The position numbers and the translations under genes are program-made. Positions 11,702-21,311 of a stretch of DNA of 64,000 nucleotides are shown in pieces (position 1 is the stretch's first letter; each line of letters begins with the position of its first letter). Source of the stretch: a virus. The DNA lies in the IMG/VR virus record IMGVR_UViG_3300023179_000041, positions 32,001 through 96,000 of that record, one strand, 5' to 3'. The notes below the pieces were generated by a model. The model ran no database searches, was not told where the DNA came from, and saw only the letters and a list, made by a program, of their open reading frames with translations.

Positions 11702-12736
11702 ATGCCAAACATACAAAGATTCGGGCAGGATAGAGCGCCAGTTCAAAAAACTGGCACGGACAAAATCTTTGGTACTGGAGTCGACGGCACCGTAACCATC
11801 TCGACAAACACGTCTCTTTCTAGGGATATGTATTACGCAAACTTGACGGTCAATTCGAGCGTCACCTTGTTTACCAACGGATTCAAAATATTCGTCAGTG
11901 AAACGCTAACGAACAACGGAACCATTGGAATGCCCAAGGGCACTGCTCAAACTACTGCCGTACTGGCTGGAACAGTCCTAACAAGAGTTAATTCAACCGC
12001 ATCGTGGACGGCAAACCAGTCAATAGATTCGGCAAACAGTTCTGGAAACTTGGCATTTAGTAACACAAAGGGATTTGAAAATATTCTTGAGGGCGCATAT
12101 ACCACTGGCTCTGCCGTCAACAGATTCTTTGCTGGAGCACAAGGTGCAGCAGGTACCGCAAATCCAGGGAATGCTGGGAGCGGAGGAAACTCAACTGCGG
12201 GGAATCCTGGAACTGCTGGCTCTGCTGGTCTTGGTGGCGGAACTGTGGCAGTGATTGCCAAGACGATTTCTGGTTCTGGAACTTTTATCAGCGAAGGAAC
12301 AGACGGTACTTCTGGGTCAAACGGTAACCCTGGAACAACTCAACCTGGAACATCGTTCCACAACCCTGGTGGTCATGCCCATGCCCCAGCACATGCTCCT
12401 GGCCACAATCCTGGTTCGCACAATCCAGAACAATCATTTCACCACCCCGCTGGATGTTGCGCGTGGAACGGCGCACACCACCATGACCATCATAGTCACC
12501 ATCACGTAAACCAAAATGCTTGGCACCACCCAGGAAACCAATTCCATTATCAATATCACTATTCGCACTCACATCCAGGGAATCCAGGGCATAATCCTAC
12601 ATACCCAGGTGGCACTGGTGGCAGTGGAAATTCTGGAAACCCAGGAAAAGGTGGGAGTCTTTATGTGTTGACACGTGGTATTTCTACACATATAGCCTCT
12701 GGGAACATGACATACGTAGAAGACCTAGACGATTAA
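11702..12736 (+). CDS. Glycine-rich adhesin-like protein with His-rich insert (paralog of preceding gene)
   Basis: FGTGVDGTVTIS...YYANLTV shared with preceding gene; 23 His in 78 residues (12359-12592) flanked by GNPG repeats. Confidence 0.65.
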   Translation: MPNIQRFGQDRAPVQKTGTDKIFGTGVDGTVTISTNTSLSRDMYYANLTVNSSVTLFTNGFKIFVSETLTNNGTIGMPKGTAQTTAVLAGTVLTRVNSTASWTANQSIDSANSSGNLAFSNTKGFENILEGAYTTGSAVNRFFAGAQGAAGTANPGNAGSGGNSTAGNPGTAGSAGLGGGTVAVIAKTISGSGTFISEGTDGTSGSNGNPGTTQPGTSFHNPGGHAHAPAHAPGHNPGSHNPEQSFHHPAGCCAWNGAHHHDHHSHHHVNQNAWHHPGNQFHYQYHYSHSHPGNPGHNPTYPGGTGGSGNSGNPGKGGSLYVLTRGISTHIASGNMTYVEDLDD

Positions 12737-12805
12737 AGAGCGATGTAGTGTATGATTGAAGACAGACACATAAGAGAACAACTCGGATTTACAGAGGTGA
12801 TTCAA

Positions 12806-13051
12806 ATGATTGATTTTTCTACTCTTCCAGCAGAAGAGGTTTCTTCGGTAGTTGCCAGAGTCAAAAACGACATTACTGCCGCTATTTATGAAGGAGTGTT
12901 AAGACTTGGTCTTGACCCTGCTTCGTTTGACGAGTCAACTTTTGCTAGTTCATTTGACGAAACGGATGTTGATTACGGTTTAAAGTCGGTTATTGTCAAT
13001 TCAATCAATCGCCTCAACTGGGTAAATAACTGGGCTGCTGAAAACCTTTAG
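12806..13051 (+). CDS. Small acidic hypothetical protein (possible fibre chaperone)
   Basis: GAGGTG RBS before ATG 12806; position after adhesin. Confidence 0.5.
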   Translation: MIDFSTLPAEEVSSVVARVKNDITAAIYEGVLRLGLDPASFDESTFASSFDETDVDYGLKSVIVNSINRLNWVNNWAAENL

Positions 13052-13087
13052 CCGCTAGGGCGCCTTGCGCCTTGATAGTATCCGTAT

Positions 13088-13702
13088 ATGAACTTCATAG
13101 AACATTTTTCGTGTCTTCGTGAATACACGTCGGTCTATTCGCCTGGTGATTTTGTAGAACTTGTTGAGCAAGAATGCAAACAAGATTGGGGATATTTGTC
13201 TTGGTATCAAACCCCAATTGGCGGAAACAAGAACAACTTGACAAATGTGGTTGACATTCACCGAACTTCACTCGGTTGCGAGATGTCCCCAATATCAATG
13301 CCGGTGGAGAATGTTTCCCAAGAAAGATTAATACCGCTTGCTAAAAAATGGATGCACATAAGGGAAAGAATCGATAAGTGCATTTGGCATTACCGCAATA
13401 CGTATTCCCTCAACCTGAGCGCTGACGAGGGTTTCAGGTTGTTGAAATACGGACGTGGAGCAGAATATAAGGGCCACGTAGACCACGCCCCAACGAACGC
13501 AAGAGTATTAAGTCTCGTGAGTTTTGTTAATGATGGATTTACTGGAGGCGAACTTGTTTTCCCTCTTCTGGACGTTAAAGTGACGCCGACCGCTGGCTCT
13601 GTGCTTTTGTTCCCGTCTAATTTCCCTTACTACCACTATGCCGCCCCAGTTGGCAAAAGTGACGAATCAATAAAGTATTCATTAGTTACATGGTTGCAGT
13701 GA
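13088..13702 (+). CDS. 2OG-Fe(II) oxygenase, prolyl-hydroxylase-like
   Basis: HVD...RVLS...FTGGEL.FP...LFPSNFPYYH...KYSLVTW. Confidence 0.85.
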   Translation: MNFIEHFSCLREYTSVYSPGDFVELVEQECKQDWGYLSWYQTPIGGNKNNLTNVVDIHRTSLGCEMSPISMPVENVSQERLIPLAKKWMHIRERIDKCIWHYRNTYSLNLSADEGFRLLKYGRGAEYKGHVDHAPTNARVLSLVSFVNDGFTGGELVFPLLDVKVTPTAGSVLLFPSNFPYYHYAAPVGKSDESIKYSLVTWLQ

Positions 13703-13708
13703 ACAACG

Positions 13709-15163
13709 ATGAAGATAGTAATTGTTGGCTCTGGAACATCGGGATTAGTATCGGCAATAATCCTTAGGGGGCTATTCCCCTTGTGGGATATCACTGTTGT
13801 CTCATCAAAAGACATTGGCATTATTGGGGTCGGCGAAGGCTCAACAGAGCATTGGAGACTTTATTTCCAAGACAAATATAACATCCCTGTTTCGGAGATG
13901 GTCACAGCCTGTCGCGCAACGCACAAATACGGAATCAAATTTGAAAACTGGACAAAACATACGCCAAATTATTTCCACAGCGTAAGTGCTGGAGAGTGGG
14001 GTCGCGCGTATTTCCCTGCAAATTATGCGTTCTGTTTGGAGAACAACAAACTATTGACCAATTCTATGGTGACTCATCTTCACGACAATACGATTGTGTT
14101 GAACGAAGGCAACCCACATCATGCCGTAAATCAATTTCATTTTGACACTTTCAAACTTAATGAGTATTTGACAAGCGTCTGCAAGTTGCGAAATGTATCT
14201 TTTATCGATGGAAAGGTATCGCGAGTCACAAGAAACTCAGATAATGGTTTCATAGAGTCGATTGACGTGGATTCTTTCGGCTTGATAAATGGTGATTTTT
14301 TTATTGATGCAAGTGGGTTTCGCAGAGTTTTAATAAGTGAACTCGTTGATTCTGATAAAGACTTTGTTTCATATAGAAAATACGTTCCTTGCGATTCTGC
14401 CGCCGTATTCCCAACGCCACGTGACGAGAGTGGCGAAATTCGCCCATACACAAGGGCAAGAGCGATGCCGAATGGTTGGATGTGGGAAATCCCGACCCAA
14501 GACAGACGAGGCAATGGATATGTATTCGCCTCAGATTTTTGTTCAGAAGAGCAAGCAGTTAGAGAGATTTCGGAAGCCCACGGAAAAGATATAGAACCAG
14601 CAAAAATCATAAAGTTTAAGTCTGGATACCATAAAACCGCTTTCGCATTTAATTGTGTTGCTGTGGGCTTGTCCTCGTCGTTTGTTGAACCGCTGGAAGC
14701 AACTGCGATATCAACATCAATTCAACAAGCGCGAATGCTTGCCTCAGTTCTGCCGACGTTTTCTATTGGCTCAACTGCAACTGTGTCTCAATATAATAAA
14801 CAGTACGAATCACTGTTGGAAAACATAATCACCATGGTGGCAATGCACTACATTTCCGACAGAGATGATACCGAAATGTGGAGAGCACAACAAGGTCTTG
14901 AGAAGCCGCCCATGCTTGAACACTTGATATCCCTGTGGAAAGAAAGACTTCCAGAAGCATATGATGTCCCAATATTTGGGTATGAATTATTTCAGAACGC
15001 ACACTTTTGGCATGTCGCTCAAGGACAAGGTCTATTGAACCCAGATTTGGCAACTATCCAACTTGACGCATTTGCCGTACGTAGAGAAGCAGCAAAAAAC
15101 ATTGCAAATCTAAAAAACGCCGCACTTGGGTCAAAAACCGTTAAGCATCATGCGATTTTTTAA
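13709..15163 (+). CDS. Flavin-dependent (tryptophan-halogenase family) halogenase
   Basis: GSGTSG FAD motif, GVGEGS, THKYGIKF (catalytic Lys position), FIDASG, WMWEIP, FVEPLEAT. Confidence 0.9.
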   Translation: MKIVIVGSGTSGLVSAIILRGLFPLWDITVVSSKDIGIIGVGEGSTEHWRLYFQDKYNIPVSEMVTACRATHKYGIKFENWTKHTPNYFHSVSAGEWGRAYFPANYAFCLENNKLLTNSMVTHLHDNTIVLNEGNPHHAVNQFHFDTFKLNEYLTSVCKLRNVSFIDGKVSRVTRNSDNGFIESIDVDSFGLINGDFFIDASGFRRVLISELVDSDKDFVSYRKYVPCDSAAVFPTPRDESGEIRPYTRARAMPNGWMWEIPTQDRRGNGYVFASDFCSEEQAVREISEAHGKDIEPAKIIKFKSGYHKTAFAFNCVAVGLSSSFVEPLEATAISTSIQQARMLASVLPTFSIGSTATVSQYNKQYESLLENIITMVAMHYISDRDDTEMWRAQQGLEKPPMLEHLISLWKERLPEAYDVPIFGYELFQNAHFWHVAQGQGLLNPDLATIQLDAFAVRREAAKNIANLKNAALGSKTVKHHAIF

Positions 15164-16013
15164 TCGCAACAAAAAGAGCAGGGTAGTTCAAGGTTCTGCA
15201 TGGGAAGATGTACCAATCCCCAAACCCAATGAACTTTTTGTTGTTCCAGCAACGAATGTATTGCTACACCCAAAATTGTCCGTTTATGAGAATAGGTCAA
15301 AAACACCAGACTGGTACAAAAAGGCAATAAGCGGTGAGTCAAGTATCAAACGATGCTATGGGCTGGCTGATTATCTTCGAACTGGCTACACAATCCCATT
15401 GTGGGCAAAATTGGACATACGACCGCCGTTGAATAAATTACAACCCAAATGGGAAGCAAAATACGATTTTTCACACGGCAACGTTTCCCATGATTTGCAG
15501 TTTGTTGATGAACTGGTCGACGATGAATTTTTTTCTATGAATTCATTGTTTCATAATCAGTTTGGTCAAGACCAAGTTGGTGAGTGTCCAGTGTCTCGCA
15601 TAAAAACACGACCAAATTCTGCATATCTCAAATTGACAAATCCGTGGTTATTCAAAACCGCACCAGGGTATTCAACGCTATTTATAGCACCGCAGTGGAG
15701 TCCTGACCCAAGATATCAGGTCATGTCTGGAGTTGTAAATACCGATTATTACCATCATGCAAATGTTGTTTTAAACATTATTGCAAACGAAGAGTTTTCT
15801 ATTGAAGAGGGAACTCCGATGCTTCACGCAATCCCATTCAAGCGAGAGGACGGAATAAAAAGCAGTTCATTAATTAGGGGAGATGAAAGACTACACAAAA
15901 CCCTAGATGGGCTTGGATTTTTGAATGTTAGGCGTCCGACTGACTGGAAGGGAATGTACAAGCGCGAACAATCTCAAATAGATAAGATGATTAAGGAACA
16001 AAACAGTGGATAG
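15150..16013 (+). CDS. Conserved phage protein (possible dUTPase-like/beta-clip fold) of oxygenase clusters
   Basis: IKRC...GYTIPLW...KLTNPWLFKTAPGYSTLF...GVVNTD...GTPMLHAIPFKRE. Confidence 0.55.
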   Translation: MRFFNRNKKSRVVQGSAWEDVPIPKPNELFVVPATNVLLHPKLSVYENRSKTPDWYKKAISGESSIKRCYGLADYLRTGYTIPLWAKLDIRPPLNKLQPKWEAKYDFSHGNVSHDLQFVDELVDDEFFSMNSLFHNQFGQDQVGECPVSRIKTRPNSAYLKLTNPWLFKTAPGYSTLFIAPQWSPDPRYQVMSGVVNTDYYHHANVVLNIIANEEFSIEEGTPMLHAIPFKREDGIKSSSLIRGDERLHKTLDGLGFLNVRRPTDWKGMYKREQSQIDKMIKEQNSG

Positions 16014-16473
16014 ATACGTTTTTTGCCCCAATGAATCCATGATGGATGAGGCTGTTTTGCTCGCCAAAGAGTGGTCATTGCCAATATTAAACGGTGATTC
16101 GGAGCGGTCAAAAAATGTTCATTTTGATAGAAATATTGTTTCCGTTGTTCTGATACCGATATTTAACGGGTTCGAGAATTGTCCAGAAGTTCTGGAGCCA
16201 AACATGGCATACATATTTAGATACAGAAATGATTTCATAGATTGCGGAGAGTTGGCAGCGGTTCTGTCAACAAAAAATCTAGGACTAAATAAAAGTTCTT
16301 TTTTACCGATACGAATGGTGTCGCCGCATGAAATAGAAATACTCGTTACAATCTCAAGTCTTGGAGAGTACTCAGTTATGATTGCTAAAGATAAAGAGGT
16401 TTTTGCTACTCACGATTTTGCGGTTTTGCCAGATGGAAGTTCCTCTATTGAGGACTTAAGCGCGTATGATTAA
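16006..16473 (+). CDS. Hypothetical protein
   Basis: 155-aa ORF overlapping both neighbours by a few bases. Confidence 0.55.
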   Translation: MDRYVFCPNESMMDEAVLLAKEWSLPILNGDSERSKNVHFDRNIVSVVLIPIFNGFENCPEVLEPNMAYIFRYRNDFIDCGELAAVLSTKNLGLNKSSFLPIRMVSPHEIEILVTISSLGEYSVMIAKDKEVFATHDFAVLPDGSSSIEDLSAYD

Positions 16474-17170
16474 TTTCCCCAGTGGCAGGTCTACCTGCAT
16501 AGCATATATAGATAACGCAATATCTGTTGACGATTGCAACTTTCTGATAGCAGAATGCACTAAAAATTATGACAAACTATTTTCCCCTGGCCCGACCATA
16601 GGTGGCGTAAACACAAGAATCAAAAACTCGATGGATTTTGGTTTGTCCGAAGAATCTGACAAGATTTATCAAACTGGCAACAATAATTTTTTGAAAGCAA
16701 CGCAATTTGTCCTAGATGGTCTTGGAACCGCAATGGCTCTATATTTGGAAGAGTTCAAAGAATTGCAGCACTCAACAGCATTAACGAGTACTGGTTTTAG
16801 ACTTCAGCACTATCCAAGAAAACAGGGTTATTACAGGCGGCATCATGATGGCGCGCCATGGGACCCGGACCCGATAAACAGCAGAGTGCTTGGGGTGGTC
16901 ATATACTTAAACACCATTAAGCATGGTGGTGGGACAGAATTCCCAGAACAAAATTGCGAGATAGAGGCAAAGGCTGGAAGAATCGCTCTTTTCCCAGCAA
17001 ATTGGACACATCCACACGCGGGGAAAGTTCCAATATCATGCGACAAGTGGATTATCAGCACATTTATTGTCTGCGATAGAATACATTCAGAACAATCAGT
17101 CGTTGTTCAGCCAGAGCAAATTAAATCGTATGATGACATTGAAAAACTTTTAGCGAATGAGGAAAAGTGA
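16466..17170 (+). CDS. 2OG-Fe(II) oxygenase
   Basis: HHD...RVLGVVIYLN...GGGTEF...LFPANWTHPHAG...KWIIST. Confidence 0.85.
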   Translation: MINFPSGRSTCIAYIDNAISVDDCNFLIAECTKNYDKLFSPGPTIGGVNTRIKNSMDFGLSEESDKIYQTGNNNFLKATQFVLDGLGTAMALYLEEFKELQHSTALTSTGFRLQHYPRKQGYYRRHHDGAPWDPDPINSRVLGVVIYLNTIKHGGGTEFPEQNCEIEAKAGRIALFPANWTHPHAGKVPISCDKWIISTFIVCDRIHSEQSVVVQPEQIKSYDDIEKLLANEEK

Positions 17171-17898
17171 AACAAACTCCACTTACCATTTATTGGGCAC
17201 CATACTGGCCGCTGTCTTTAAAATATGACCTAAATCATATATTTCCTTCACCAAAATCTCTGTATGACGAGTGGTTTGAAAAATATACGCCGCAGCGACG
17301 ACCAGATGTTTACTTCAACTGCCCTGCGTCTACAAGAAAAATGAAACGAACATTTTCGTTTGTCAACATTGTAGACACACACACCAGATTTAATTCAGAT
17401 GGGTCAATCGAATATTCACGACCAGAGAAATATCAACTACTGAATGAACTAATTCACCAACCGACTATAGAAAATCACCGACTGATAAATGTTCAGTATT
17501 CGTTGCTTGTTTTTTGTGAGGAGTCTGTAGTTGCCTCAATGGAGTCCCCGTTTTTTCATAAAACAGAAGCATTCAAATATGGAGCCATAGTGCCTGGGGA
17601 GTTTGATGTTGGTCAATGGTACCGCCCATTAAATGCGGAGTTTCAATTATGGGAAAACGTAGACGAACTATATCTTGCTGCTAATGAGCCGCTCTTCTAT
17701 CTTGAATTTTTGACCGATAGACCAGTAGTTATGCAAAGGTATCAAGTCACGAAAAGACTAAGCACAATTGCAAGTTCCCTAATTCATGTAAATCCTCTTG
17801 GGAAATTTGCGGGTCTTTCTGAAAAATATCGCATCTTTCAACAATCGCGACTTAGAAGTCAGGTATTGAAAGAAATCAAGAACAATTTGGTTGATTGA
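17167..17898 (+). CDS. Conserved phage protein, probably a distant relative of 15150-16013
   Basis: FNCPA...IVPGEFDVGQWYRPLN...NEPLFYLEF. Confidence 0.55.
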   Translation: MKQTPLTIYWAPYWPLSLKYDLNHIFPSPKSLYDEWFEKYTPQRRPDVYFNCPASTRKMKRTFSFVNIVDTHTRFNSDGSIEYSRPEKYQLLNELIHQPTIENHRLINVQYSLLVFCEESVVASMESPFFHKTEAFKYGAIVPGEFDVGQWYRPLNAEFQLWENVDELYLAANEPLFYLEFLTDRPVVMQRYQVTKRLSTIASSLIHVNPLGKFAGLSEKYRIFQQSRLRSQVLKEIKNNLVD

Positions 17899-17899
17899 A

Positions 17900-18511
17900 A
17901 TGACTATTAAAATAGTTGATTTTTTGTCTGCCGACGAAAGAGCGCGCGTCATTGAGTATGCAATGTGCAGACCGTGGTCAAAAGACAGTTGGGGACGTTT
18001 CACTTGTGACTTTCCTGTTTGGGACGTTCAAAACCTTGACTGGCTGTACGAGAAATCCGCCAATGCGGCATCTGCTGCGTTTGGCGCAGACGGCATTATT
18101 CCGACCTACTACAAATTTTGCAAGTATTCACCGCGTTACGGTATTCCAAGAGTCCCACCACACATAGATGAAAATGCATGCACATATACAGTTGACATAC
18201 AACTTGATTCAAATATTGACTGGTCTATATATATTGATTTTGATGAATATCTCCTTAAGGATGGAGATGCGGTTTTATACATGGGCGAAGACCAACTTCA
18301 TTGGCGCCCAAAATTTCCAACAGATGATGAGTCGGATTCAATCTCAATGCTTTTCATGCATTATGCGCACCAGAATCATTGGTTTTTTGAATATGGACAA
18401 GATTTTATGAGAAATCCAGAACTTCACAATATTTGGGTTCAAAGAATGCAAACTTTGCTTGCCTCGAACAAACACAAAACGATGACAGAAATTGACGACG
18501 GAATATTATGA
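17900..18511 (+). CDS. 2OG-Fe(II) oxygenase-like protein
   Basis: PPHID..CTYT...W.IY...L..GDAVLY.G..QLHWR...MLFMHY. Confidence 0.7.
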   Translation: MTIKIVDFLSADERARVIEYAMCRPWSKDSWGRFTCDFPVWDVQNLDWLYEKSANAASAAFGADGIIPTYYKFCKYSPRYGIPRVPPHIDENACTYTVDIQLDSNIDWSIYIDFDEYLLKDGDAVLYMGEDQLHWRPKFPTDDESDSISMLFMHYAHQNHWFFEYGQDFMRNPELHNIWVQRMQTLLASNKHKTMTEIDDGIL

Positions 18512-18529
18512 ATGTGCTATCATGTTTTC

Positions 18530-18970
18530 ATGAACAAATTTCAACAATTCTTCAGACCAACCACGCAAGATGAATTGGCAGAACTAGCCAAAAAACTAAC
18601 CCCTCCAGACGACATAAGAGACCTAGTTCCGATTCCAGGTAGACCAGAAGACTGGCTATTTTACGGAGTACAAAAGAAAGCACAGTCATTTTTCTCGACG
18701 ATGGCGGCTCAAACCAAAAGGTTTGGGTCTCGTGAATACTGGACAAAGGTCAACGCAATTGAGGCGATATCCTTCACCACGAAGATATCTATCATTTTCC
18801 CTGGTCTTTTATTTGGCAAACAATGGTGGTGGCTGTATCTCTTCGCCCTGGTGTCAAGTGCGGCGCTTGTGGCAACATCAACCATAAAGACTTTACCGAC
18901 GATAATTTGGTTCAATATTATTTGGATTGTTCTAGCCTCACTATCAATCGCAAAGCACTTTATTCAATGA
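18530..18970 (+). CDS. Membrane protein
   Basis: Three hydrophobic C-terminal segments; leaderless start after TGTGCTATCAT. Confidence 0.65.
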   Translation: MNKFQQFFRPTTQDELAELAKKLTPPDDIRDLVPIPGRPEDWLFYGVQKKAQSFFSTMAAQTKRFGSREYWTKVNAIEAISFTTKISIIFPGLLFGKQWWWLYLFALVSSAALVATSTIKTLPTIIWFNIIWIVLASLSIAKHFIQ

Positions 18971-19087
18971 CGCAAGCGGCGGGATACTGATAGAAATTCA
19001 AGACAACTTGGTTGATTAACTACTTGTTTTCGTTGGCGTAATCAAAAGTCTTAAAAATTTGATGCCCTATACGTTACAATTTAGTCA

Positions 19088-20164
19088 ATGAAAATTGGGT
19101 ACATTTCTCAAGATTGGTCAAAGCATAATGGCAATTCTGTTCCAAACGGATGCACTTGGTACAGGTGCATAGTACCCGGCAAGGAAATGAAAAAATTTGG
19201 GGTGCTGACCGAAGTCGGTCTACTCGCAATGACAAGGAGCAATCAAATTGGCGTACAGCGTGTTGACGGAATGAAAGTCTCCGGGTTCGACATAATTGTT
19301 TTCAAATTGGCAATGCACGTGAGCACACTCGCAGCAGTTGATAGGGCAAAGGGAAACGGTCAAAAAATAGTCGTAGATATAGATGATTGGTTTGATGACC
19401 TACCTGATACAAATAGAGCAAAAATTATCACCGACCCAGAGCGAAACCCCTTCAACAACAGAAATATTTATTTTCAAATAATTGAACTTGCGGATGCGCT
19501 TATTTGCTCAACCGATTTTCTTTATCGCTGGTATAAAAACAAATATCCAAATAAATTGGTATTTTTAGTTCGCAACGCCATTGATTTGGATAGGTGGGCC
19601 AAGTACAAGCCACCAAAAGGAAAACCAGTCATCGGATGGATGGGCGCAACGCCCTGGCGTGCACTTGACTTAGAGCAGTTGCGTCCGTTTTTTGGGAATT
19701 TTATAAAACAACACAAACTAACTTTTCATCATGCCGGCCACATAGAGAATGCCGAGCACGCCGCAGACCTTCTTGGCATAGATAGGTCTTTTACTTCAAC
19801 AGAACCGATGCAGCCAATTACAAATCTCCCTTCACTAATGAAAAAATTCAACATTGGGATTGTTCCGCTAAACAATATTGATTTCAATAAGGCCAAGTCA
19901 TATCTGAAGGGGCTTGAGTATGCGGTTGCCGGAATCCCGTTTGTTGCCTCTGACATGTTTGAGTACAGACTCTTATCTGATGCTGGGATTGGTCGAATTG
20001 CAGATTCCCCAGAGCAATGGCAAGCACACATGGAGGCGCTATTGGATTTCAAGACGCGCAATGAAGATGCTAGAATTAATTACGAAATAGCAATATCTGA
20101 ATTCTCAATAGGTTCGCGTGTCAATGAATGGTTGTCAGTATTCAAAAAAATCTTGGAGCAATAG
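19088..20164 (+). CDS. GT-B (GT4-like) glycosyltransferase
   Basis: VVDIDD, IGWMG, IGIVPL..IDFNKAKSYLKGLEYAVAGIPFVAS. Confidence 0.85.
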   Translation: MKIGYISQDWSKHNGNSVPNGCTWYRCIVPGKEMKKFGVLTEVGLLAMTRSNQIGVQRVDGMKVSGFDIIVFKLAMHVSTLAAVDRAKGNGQKIVVDIDDWFDDLPDTNRAKIITDPERNPFNNRNIYFQIIELADALICSTDFLYRWYKNKYPNKLVFLVRNAIDLDRWAKYKPPKGKPVIGWMGATPWRALDLEQLRPFFGNFIKQHKLTFHHAGHIENAEHAADLLGIDRSFTSTEPMQPITNLPSLMKKFNIGIVPLNNIDFNKAKSYLKGLEYAVAGIPFVASDMFEYRLLSDAGIGRIADSPEQWQAHMEALLDFKTRNEDARINYEIAISEFSIGSRVNEWLSVFKKILEQ

Positions 20165-20167
20165 TTC

Positions 20168-21262
20168 ATGGCAAAAATTGAATTCAGCGTTGGTTTTGTT
20201 TCTACCGACTGGTCTCAGGTTGATGGTCAAATAGTGCCAAATGGCTGCACGTGGTACAGATGTATTTTGCCTTCACATGAGTTGCTGAAGTCTGGAATAA
20301 AATCGGCGGTTGGGCTCATTCAAATTCACGAAAATAGAGGTTTTGGCGTTGGCGGCATCGGGGTGCAAAAAGTAGGTACACATAAAATCATTGTGATGAA
20401 AGTAATAATGCATAAGTTGGTTCGCGACCATATTAAAAAAGCACAAAAGTACGGCCAAAAAATAGTTGTAGATATCGACGATTTGTTTGATGAGATTCAT
20501 GAAAGCAATATGGCTCACGGCTCGACAGACCCAACAAAAAACAAAGACAACAATCGAGTCATTTATAGTGAAATTATTGAGGCCTCTGACGCGCTTATTT
20601 GCTCGACCCCATTCATAGCGGAACATTACAAAGCAATGTTCCCAAGAAAACCTATATTTGTAATCAGGAATTCAATTGATGCCGGTAGATGGATACCATT
20701 TAACTCCGTTGAGAGGCAGCCAATTATCGGCTGGCTAGGCGCAACTCCATGGCGCTCATTAGACCTTGAGCAATTATCTGGTTTTTTCAACGAGTATCTT
20801 GAGTCTAGAAATGCAAAATTTCATCATTCGGGATACTTAAAGTGGGCCCCGCTCGCCCATAACAAATTGGGGATTAAGGATGCAAAGCGCGTAACGGTGT
20901 CTCCAATGGTGCCACTTATGGAGTTGCCACAAACATACGCAAACTTTGATATTGGAATTGTGCCGTTAAACGACATACCTTTCAATCGAGCAAAATCCTT
21001 CATTAAGGGCCTTGAATACGCGGCGGCTGGGATTCCATTTGTTGCTTCTGCACTGCCCGAATATGAATATCTTTCTGCTTGCGGCATAGGAACGATTGCG
21101 TCAAATAAAAGAGAATGGTTTGATGCCCTTGATTCATTGCTGGACGCAGGCAAAAGAGAGAAAGAAAGTTATAGGTGTAGGAAGATAGTTGAGGCCGATT
21201 TTTCTATTCAGGCGCACCGTAAAGAGTGGATTTCCGTGTTTAGGGAGATTGACAAGTTGTAG
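20168..21262 (+). CDS. GT-B (GT4-like) glycosyltransferase, tandem paralog
   Basis: Same motifs as upstream gene (PNGCTWYRC, GATPWR.LDLEQL, KGLEYAAAGIPFVAS). Confidence 0.85.
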   Translation: MAKIEFSVGFVSTDWSQVDGQIVPNGCTWYRCILPSHELLKSGIKSAVGLIQIHENRGFGVGGIGVQKVGTHKIIVMKVIMHKLVRDHIKKAQKYGQKIVVDIDDLFDEIHESNMAHGSTDPTKNKDNNRVIYSEIIEASDALICSTPFIAEHYKAMFPRKPIFVIRNSIDAGRWIPFNSVERQPIIGWLGATPWRSLDLEQLSGFFNEYLESRNAKFHHSGYLKWAPLAHNKLGIKDAKRVTVSPMVPLMELPQTYANFDIGIVPLNDIPFNRAKSFIKGLEYAAAGIPFVASALPEYEYLSACGIGTIASNKREWFDALDSLLDAGKREKESYRCRKIVEADFSIQAHRKEWISVFREIDKL

Positions 21263-21311
21263 GACTGCGATATTTTCTCTATCTGACCAAGAGAAATAGT
21301 ATGCGGTCAAA

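Noticed and set aside
4656-12736. Diversity-generating retroelement suggested by the Mtd-like N-terminus
   Set aside because: Only the anchor domain is Mtd-like; no reverse transcriptase and no TR/VR pair differing at adenines was seen.
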